Origin: an uncultured virus (IMG/VR IMGVR_UViG_3300024346_006382)
Lineage: Duplodnaviria; Heunggongvirae; Uroviricota; Caudoviricetes
IMG/VR virus record: IMGVR_UViG_3300024346_006382
DNA length: 64,000 bases
Reading direction: 5' to 3' (one strand)
In this document: in pieces, positions 58,001 to 64,000 of the stretch
Position numbering within the stretch: position 1 is the stretch's first letter
How the letters are laid out: each line of letters starts with the position of its first letter
The notes under the pieces: generated by a model
Told to the model about the DNA's origin: nothing
What the model saw: only the letters and a program-made list of their open reading frames with translations
Database searches by the model: none
Position numbers and translations under genes: made by a program

Positions 58001-59835
58001 GTACCTGTTGGTGTTAAGTTAACATTTTGGTTTGATCCAACTGCAGTGATTGTTACACTTGCTGTTTTACCAACAATTAAATCTGTTACTACATTTGCGC
58101 TAGTTTCGATGTTACCTGTAGCAGTTACTATACCACCAGTTGTTAAATTACCACCTGATACGTTACCAGTTGCAACAACTAATCCAGCTGTACCAATATT
58201 ACCAATGTTAGCATTACCAGTTACACTTAAGTTACCAGCTGTTGTTAAGTTACCACCAGAGACATTTCCTGTAGCAGATACTACACCAATTGTTGTAATG
58301 TTACCACCAGAAACATTACCAGTTGCTATGATTAAACCTGCAGTACCTAAATTACCTACGTTAGCATTACCACTTACACTGAGTGTGGTCATGAATACCG
58401 TATTTGATAATGATACACCATTTGCGTTAGAAGAAACACTCTGATCACCAAGTGTGATTGTATTTCCAGATAAGAACAAATCTTTCCAATAATTTGTACC
58501 ATTACCCAAACTATATGTATTACTTACTGAAGGGATTAAGTTACCTTGAACTGTACCTGAAATTAGTAGATTGCCTATGTTAGCAGTGCCAGTAGTAACT
58601 AAGTTTCCACCAGTTACATTACCGGTTGCTACTACTTGTCCGCCTGTGTTTAAGTTACCAACGTTAGCGTTAGCTGTTGTAGTAATGTTACCGGGAGCAA
58701 TAAATGCTCCGCTTTGTGCAAATGTCCAAGTATTAGCAATTGTTCCACCTGTACCAAGTTGAACAGTTACATTGCCACCACGATTTTGGAATATGTCTGT
58801 TTGAGTTGTATCTAATTTAATTCCTGAACCACCAAATGTGCCACCAACAATTTGTGAAGCACCACCCAATGTGATTTGACCACTTGGTCCAAATTGTGTT
58901 GAATTACCAGCACTAGTGATAGCAATGATACCACTAGAAGAACCTAATTCAATTCGGGTATCGTTTGTGCTTGCATTTGATACAATATTTGAAGCGAATA
59001 CAAAACTATTAGCAGTTACGTTTGCACCAGTAATGTTACCAGTTGCGGACACAACTCCACCTGTTGTAATATTACCACCAGAGACATTACCTGTCGCAGA
59101 TACTAAACCAGCTGTTGTTAAATTAGCACCAGAAACATTACCGGTTGCGGACACAACTCCACCGGTTATTAAGTTACCTGCAGATACATTACCAGAAGCA
59201 GTAACTAGATTACTGGATTTGTTAAATGTAAATGCAGTACTTGTATTAGCATTTCCATCGTCATTAAACACAACACCTGTATTAGAACCAGGAATAACAA
59301 TGTTACCACTAATATTACCAACAACGTTACCTATGAAGTTTGCCGCTGTAATATTACCGGTTGCTGTAATACCACCATTTGCACCACTAGGAACAAATGT
59401 AACATTAGCGGTACCGTTACCTACGACTAAACCAGTTAATGTTCCAACACTTGTAACATTTGGCTGATTTGCGGTAGTTAATACACCTGTAACAAAATTA
59501 GCAGTTAGTAAGTTACCAGCATTAACATTTGTACCGGCAATATTACCAGTAACTGTTAATATATTGGTAGCTTTATCAAACGTAAAGTTTGAAACACCAC
59601 CAAATTCTCCAGCATCATTGAACTGAACTTGAGTGTTTGACCCTCCGGGTATACCACCAATATCCCATGCAGTACCATTCGCATAGAGTAAGTTATTTGT
59701 TAGGACGTTTCCCGCAGAAATATTTGCGGTAAACGTCCCGTTATTTGATGTTATATCGCCATTAGCTAATATAATATTTGCGGGTACTTCGCCTACCGAG
59801 AAGCCTGCTACTGAGTTTAGTGCTTTAATTGCCAT
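55051..59835 (-). CDS. Fibre-like virion protein (1594 aa)
   Basis: PGGSNTQVQFND.G.FGG motif, GNVSGGNLTT repeats, DAATKQYVD domain, C-terminal beta-rich domain. Confidence 0.8.
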   Translation of the reverse strand: MAIKALNSVAGFSVGEVPANIILANGDITSNNGTFTANISAGNVLTNNLLYANGTAWDIGGIPGGSNTQVQFNDAGEFGGVSNFTFDKATNILTVTGNIAGTNVNAGNLLTANFVTGVLTTANQPNVTSVGTLTGLVVGNGTANVTFVPSGANGGITATGNITAANFIGNVVGNISGNIVIPGSNTGVVFNDDGNANTSTAFTFNKSSNLVTASGNVSAGNLITGGVVSATGNVSGANLTTAGLVSATGNVSGGNITTGGVVSATGNITGANVTANSFVFASNIVSNASTNDTRIELGSSSGIIAITSAGNSTQFGPSGQITLGGASQIVGGTFGGSGIKLDTTQTDIFQNRGGNVTVQLGTGGTIANTWTFAQSGAFIAPGNITTTANANVGNLNTGGQVVATGNVTGGNLVTTGTANIGNLLISGTVQGNLIPSVSNTYSLGNGTNYWKDLFLSGNTITLGDQSVSSNANGVSLSNTVFMTTLSVSGNANVGNLGTAGLIIATGNVSGGNITTIGVVSATGNVSGGNLTTAGNLSVTGNANIGNIGTAGLVVATGNVSGGNLTTGGIVTATGNIETSANVVTDLIVGKTASVTITAVGSNQNVNLTPTGTGTVNVGNFIISNVATPLASTDAATKQYVDDVAQGLHTHDSCNAATQTTLASISGGTVTYNNGTSGVGATLTTTGTFTTIDGVTLSVGMRILVKNEVTAANNGIYDVTSSTVLTRSADFNTPTEMAGGDFTFVTAGTLYDNTGWVMPDPVTTVGTSPVVWVQFSGAGTYTAGTGLALNGTEFSIANTTVTAGAYGNGDYNATFTVNSQGQLSAAANVAITANAANLTGTTLAATIVNSSLTSVGTLTSLAVTGNTTSGNVYANAGTIGASLLTGTLTTAAQPNVTSVGSLTGLTVTGLSNLGSVGNVAITGGTSGQVLSTNGAGGLSFITIGTAGVSNGNSNVAIATAGGNVTTSVAGNANILVVTGTGILVNGDGNVTGNLTAGNIVAGGGSGGNITGANLVSANFFTGTLTTAAQPNITSVGTLTTLAVSGNANLGNVATANFFSGAGNSLSNIQGANVSGEVSFAATANAVAGANVSGQVANALVAGTVYTNAQPNITSVGTLTGITSTGTANFIGASNVALGPVGNVHITGGTSGQVLSTDGSGTLSFITIGTAGVSNGNSNVAIATAGGNVTTSVAGNANILVVTGTGANITGYANISGSLSLGGGAGGNLTGANNVSANTFTGNLTTNAQPNITSVGTLTSLAVTGNISSGNADLGNAATANFFIGSGNNLSNIQGANVTGTVSSASTAGTVTSNAQANITSVGILTSLTVTGNISSGNANLGNLATANFFSGAGNNLSNIQGANVSGQVGNALVAGTVYTNAQPNITSVGTLSSLDVTGNLSAGNLIGALANGNSNVNIPSANGNINLTASGNTTLVITGTGANIAGTLNVTGNLVAGNLTTGGAGGNVSGANVVSANTLVASVGVQISNSAVYFGNITTSATTANQTIATLSLSGYVTGVEYLVKGVDATGAKYSVATVVSVTNGTTADFSTFATVNLGGSTGTLSVNIVSGNIALQVTPASSNSTVWTTQYRVI

Positions 59836-59856
59836 TTTGTTGTGTCCTTATAAATG

Positions 59857-59864
59857 TATTTATC
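59857..59864 (-). promoter_or_regulatory. Late-promoter-like GATAAATA
   Basis: Intergenic, upstream of the AAGGA SD of the 1594-aa fibre gene. Confidence 0.55.
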
Positions 59865-59889
59865 TTTTTCCTATTTAGGTACTGGTTGA

Positions 59890-62800
59890 TTAGACCAAAT
59901 ACTTAGATATTAGCATGTTGTATTCTGTTAGATTTGAAGAATCCGGAGTAACTACTAGATCCAACGTTGGCGTCGGTCCACTCCCATTATACACTACACT
60001 AAAACTCCCTACCCCACCGTTTATATACAATCCGCCATATTCGTTGAACGCTACCGTCGTATTTAATATGGCCGCTGATATCTTACACGTTTGTCTTGTA
60101 TTACCTGTCGCATCTGTTGCAATAATCGTAAAATCAATTGCTGACAAATCTGCAGCCGTATAAGACCACAGTACTTGATTATTAGATGTACTTGCTGTTG
60201 TAGCAAAATACACAGAGGTTGAATAGAATGCATATATTCCATAACCCATCTGAAACGTATTTGCTACTAAATGTCCTGATACATCCAAACTTGTTAATGT
60301 ACCAACACTTGTTATATTTGGTTGTGCATTCGTTGTTAATGTACCTGTGATATAATTAGCACTTACTAAATTACCACCAGTAATACTACCACCTGCTCCC
60401 GAACCTGCATTGATGTTACCTGTACTTACATTACCAGTTACATCCAACGTTGTTAATGTTCCTACACTTGTTATATTAGGTTGTGCATTAGTTGTTAGTG
60501 TACCTGTTAATAAGTTAGCACCAATTGTGCCACTATTAGCATATACATTACCCCCTGTAATATTACCGGTAACGGTTAGACTAGTTAATGTACCTGTACT
60601 TGTTATATTTGGTTGTGCCGCAGTTGTTAGTACGCCGACTAGTAAACTAGCACCAATTGTGCCACTATTAGCATACACATTACCACTAACTGTATTACCT
60701 GTTACTGTTAAACTTGTTAATGTTCCAACACTTGTTATGTTAGGTTGTGCATTTGTATACACTGTACCGGCAACTAACGCATTACCCACTTGACCAGAGA
60801 CATTTGCCCCTGCTACACTATTAGCAGTTGTTGCAAACGTTGCTAAATTAGCCGTTCCATAGAAGTTACCGATAAAGTAATTAGCTGTTGCGGCGTTGCC
60901 TAAATTAGCATTAGTTGCAGTTAAGTTACCATTAGCATTTAAGGTGCCTGCAACATTAACCCCTGTACCAGTTACAATTACAATATTTGCATTACCGGCG
61001 CTAGATATATTAACATTTCCATTTGCGACCGGTATGCTTATATTACTATTACCATTACTAATTCCTGTACCTGTTGGGATAGCCGCCCAAGATAATGTTC
61101 CTGATCCATTTGTTTGTAAATAATAACCGCTAGTACCACCTGTAATTGTTACATTACCCACTGGTCCTAAATTACTTGTACCTGATACATTTAGTGAGGT
61201 TAATGTACCAACACTCGTTATGTTTGGCTGTGCATTAGTTGTTAGTGTACCAGTAAAATAATTAGCACTTACTAGATTAGCTCCAGTAATATTACCGCCG
61301 GTACCTAAACCTGCACTGATATTTCCTGTACTTAAATTACCGGTACTTACATTACCGGTTACAGCCAAAGTTGTTAGTGTACCAACACTAGTTATGTTAG
61401 GCTGTGCATTTGTATATACTGTTCCGGCTACTAATGCATTAGCTACTTGTCCAGTAACATTAGCGGCTGTAATTGAGGTTAAACCAGAGCCATTACCAGT
61501 AAACACACCTGTATTTGCTGTAATATTTGCGGCAGTTATGTTACCATTAACATTCAATCCTGTTAGTGTACCAACAGATGTAACGTTTGGTTGTGCATTC
61601 GTTGTTAATGTACCAGTTAATAAGTTAGCACCAATTGTGCCACTATTAGCATATACATTACCACTAGTAGTATTACCTGTTACTGCTAAACTAATTAGTG
61701 TACCGACACTTGTTAAACTAGAAGTAACTACTGATGAATTTAATGTCGTGCCAGTTAAGTTAGCGGCATTTGCAGTAATAGCAGTATTAGAAGAGGCAGT
61801 TAATTGTCCTTGACCGTTAACGGTAAACGTTGCAACTCTATCTCCGTTACCATATGATCCTGCGGTTACCGCTGTGTTAGAAATACTAAATGTAGTACCG
61901 GTTAATGTTAATCCAGTACCGGCTTCATACACTTGTGACGTATTAAATACGGCAAATGTGATATTTGATGTACCAAATGTAATAGTACCTACCGGTGCAC
62001 TTACAATAAATCCAACTCCCTCATTAACGATACCGCCGGTTGTAAAGAAGAAGTCATTTATACTTAATTGTTCTGTACTATCTGGTCCGTATTCATCAGC
62101 ATCAGTAGCACGTACAATAGCCGTCGTATTAGCATATGTGTAAACGCCATTCCATGTAGCATTTGCTTCGTCTTTAACTAAAATACGAGTTCCAATAGTT
62201 TGAACATTGGCCCCGTCAATATTTAAATATGTACCGGTAGTACTAATATATGCGCCAATGCCATTACTAGCTCCATTAGGTGAATTATATGCTGTTGTAC
62301 CACCTGTAGCAATTGCTAGAGTAGTTGTAGTTGCTGCCAATACTGGTTGATGATAAGCAATACCACTTGATACCATTGTATCAACATATGCTTTGGTTGC
62401 CGCATCTGTACTAATACTTGGATACCCAACATTGTTTATCCAATTTGTATTTAAATTAACATTACCACTAAATGAGCCTGTGCCTGTAGCAATAAAGTTA
62501 TTTGTACCCAGGTTACCTGTATTAGCATTACCAGATACATTTAAGCTCGTTAATGTTCCAACACTTGTGATATTAGGTTGAGCATTTGTTGTTAATGTAC
62601 CCGTAAATGTATTAGCAGATACATTATTTGCACCTGATATATTACCACCGGATCCTGTTGTACTGATATTACCAAAAGTACCATTACCAGTAGCTACAAC
62701 TACTCCGGTAGTTGTTAAGTTGCCACCGGCTACATTACCTGTTACAGTTAAACTTGTTAATGTACCGACACTTGTAATATTAGGTTGTGACGCTTCTGTA

Positions 62801-63999
62801 ACATTACCTGCATAGTTTGCAAAGTTAGCAGTTACAGCAGTAGTTACATTACCAGTAATGTTGCTACCTTGAATGTTACTTAGATTATTACCACTACCAA
62901 TAAAGTAACTAGCAGTAGCCGCGTTACCTAAGTTAGCATTTCCTGCTGACAAGTTACCAGTTATATCTAAACTTGTTAATGTACCAACACTTGTGATATT
63001 AGGTTGTGATGCTTCGGTAATGTTACCTGCGTAGTTTGCAAAATTAGCAGTTATTGCACTTGTGACATTACCAATTACGTTACTACCCTGAATGTTGCTT
63101 AATAGGCCGCCGTCACCTGAAAAGAAATTAGCAATAACTAAGTTGCCTAAATTAGCATTACCTGCTGTCAAGTTACCAGTTATATCTAAACTTGTTAATG
63201 TACCAACACTTGTAATGTTTGGTTGAGCATTAGCAGTTACTGTACCTGCTGTTACCGAATTGCCAGCTGCCACATTAGTTAGTAATCCACCGTCACCTGA
63301 GAAGAAATTAGCAGTAGCTAAATTACCTAAATTAGCATTTAATGATAGTAAGTTACCATTGATATTTGCAGTTGATGCTATTAGATTACCACTAAATGTA
63401 TTAGCTGATACTACGTTTGCACCAGTGATATTTCCACTAGCGCCAGTTGTTGATATGTTACCAAAAGATCCGTTGCCTGATACTGCTAAACTTGTTAGTG
63501 TACCGACACTTGTAATGTTTGACTGTGCGGCTACTGTAACATTACCTGCGTAGTTTGCAAAATTAGCAGTTATTGCACTTGTGACATTACCAATTACGTT
63601 ACTACCCTGAATGTTGCTTAATAGGCCACCGTCACCCGAGAAGAAGTTAGCAGTAACCAAATTACCTAAGTTTGCGTTACCACCGGTAATATTACCAGTA
63701 ACATCTAAACTAATTAATGTACCAACACTGGTAATATTTGGTTGAGCATTAGCAGTGACTGTACCTGCAGATACTGCATTACTAGCGGCTACTCCAGTTA
63801 GTTGACTACCATTACCAATAAAGAAACTTGCTGTAATATTAGCATTACTTGTTAATGCTGAACTTACTTGAACGATGCCGTTGCCATCTGGGGTTAATAT
63901 TATATTACCATTAGCAGATGTACTAGTAATTGTCGTGCCATTAATATTTAAATTACCAATATTAGTATCGCTTGGTAAGTTTGTAACACCAACTAGACC
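59890..63999 (-). CDS. Fibre-like virion protein, 5'-truncated by the window edge (>1369 aa)
   Basis: Frame stays open from 63999 through the track start at 63660 (checked by hand); same modules, and C-terminal domain similar to 55051-59835. Confidence 0.8.
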   Translation of the reverse strand, partial: GLVGVTNLPSDTNIGNLNINGTTITSTSANGNIILTPDGNGIVQVSSALTSNANITASFFIGNGSQLTGVAASNAVSAGTVTANAQPNITSVGTLISLDVTGNITGGNANLGNLVTANFFSGDGGLLSNIQGSNVIGNVTSAITANFANYAGNVTVAAQSNITSVGTLTSLAVSGNGSFGNISTTGASGNITGANVVSANTFSGNLIASTANINGNLLSLNANLGNLATANFFSGDGGLLTNVAAGNSVTAGTVTANAQPNITSVGTLTSLDITGNLTAGNANLGNLVIANFFSGDGGLLSNIQGSNVIGNVTSAITANFANYAGNITEASQPNITSVGTLTSLDITGNLSAGNANLGNAATASYFIGSGNNLSNIQGSNITGNVTTAVTANFANYAGNVTEASQPNITSVGTLTSLTVTGNVAGGNLTTTGVVVATGNGTFGNISTTGSGGNISGANNVSANTFTGTLTTNAQPNITSVGTLTSLNVSGNANTGNLGTNNFIATGTGSFSGNVNLNTNWINNVGYPSISTDAATKAYVDTMVSSGIAYHQPVLAATTTTLAIATGGTTAYNSPNGASNGIGAYISTTGTYLNIDGANVQTIGTRILVKDEANATWNGVYTYANTTAIVRATDADEYGPDSTEQLSINDFFFTTGGIVNEGVGFIVSAPVGTITFGTSNITFAVFNTSQVYEAGTGLTLTGTTFSISNTAVTAGSYGNGDRVATFTVNGQGQLTASSNTAITANAANLTGTTLNSSVVTSSLTSVGTLISLAVTGNTTSGNVYANSGTIGANLLTGTLTTNAQPNVTSVGTLTGLNVNGNITAANITANTGVFTGNGSGLTSITAANVTGQVANALVAGTVYTNAQPNITSVGTLTTLAVTGNVSTGNLSTGNISAGLGTGGNITGANLVSANYFTGTLTTNAQPNITSVGTLTSLNVSGTSNLGPVGNVTITGGTSGYYLQTNGSGTLSWAAIPTGTGISNGNSNISIPVANGNVNISSAGNANIVIVTGTGVNVAGTLNANGNLTATNANLGNAATANYFIGNFYGTANLATFATTANSVAGANVSGQVGNALVAGTVYTNAQPNITSVGTLTSLTVTGNTVSGNVYANSGTIGASLLVGVLTTAAQPNITSTGTLTSLTVTGNITGGNVYANSGTIGANLLTGTLTTNAQPNITSVGTLTTLDVTGNVSTGNINAGSGAGGSITGGNLVSANYITGTLTTNAQPNITSVGTLTSLDVSGHLVANTFQMGYGIYAFYSTSVYFATTASTSNNQVLWSYTAADLSAIDFTIIATDATGNTRQTCKISAAILNTTVAFNEYGGLYINGGVGSFSVVYNGSGPTPTLDLVVTPDSSNLTEYNMLISKYLV

Positions 64000-64000
64000 T

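Noticed and set aside
25850..63553. Numerous plus-strand ORFs (MLPLAVNVLA-type) opposite the fibre genes
   Set aside because: Antisense shadows of repetitive, codon-biased minus-strand genes; no SD or promoter context and no independent domain signal.
1..64000. Stop-codon reassignment as in some large phages
   Set aside because: Genes are long and tightly packed under the standard code, and no suppressor tRNA is seen in the window.

Overview
A 64 kb segment of a large, AT-rich, T4-like (myovirus or jumbo-type) phage genome. Essentially all credible genes are on the minus strand, and many are preceded by T4 late-promoter-like nnTAAATA motifs. In transcription order (64000 to 1) there are five blocks. 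(1) About 38 kb of virion appendage genes: six giant Asn/Gly/Thr/Ser-rich fibre-like proteins, two LamG/concanavalin-like proteins, three glycine-rich adhesin-like proteins and small adaptor-like genes. (2) Six 6-bladed kelch-like propeller paralogues interleaved with two glycosyltransferases, a sulfotransferase, two 2OG-Fe(II) oxygenases and an APS kinase/HxGH nucleotidyltransferase fusion. (3) nrdA, nrdB and glutaredoxin. (4) A PAAR protein, baseplate-like proteins and a SleB-type hydrolase, followed by iscU, rubrerythrin and rubredoxin. (5) The start of a tRNA array (Arg-ACG, Lys-UUU, and Ser-UGA truncated by the window edge). The most striking unannotated element is at 1311-1608. A near-consensus sigma70 promoter drives a 45-codon leader ORF that contains all 20 amino acids. 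Its last codons and stop codon form one strand of a long antiterminator hairpin that is mutually exclusive with an intrinsic terminator directly upstream of the tRNA array. This is a candidate pan-tRNA or general translation-stress attenuator. All calls were made by eye from the sequence and the ORF track; no searches or folding programs were run. The proteobacterial (possibly betaproteobacterial) host guess rests only on the appearance of IscU and NrdAB.
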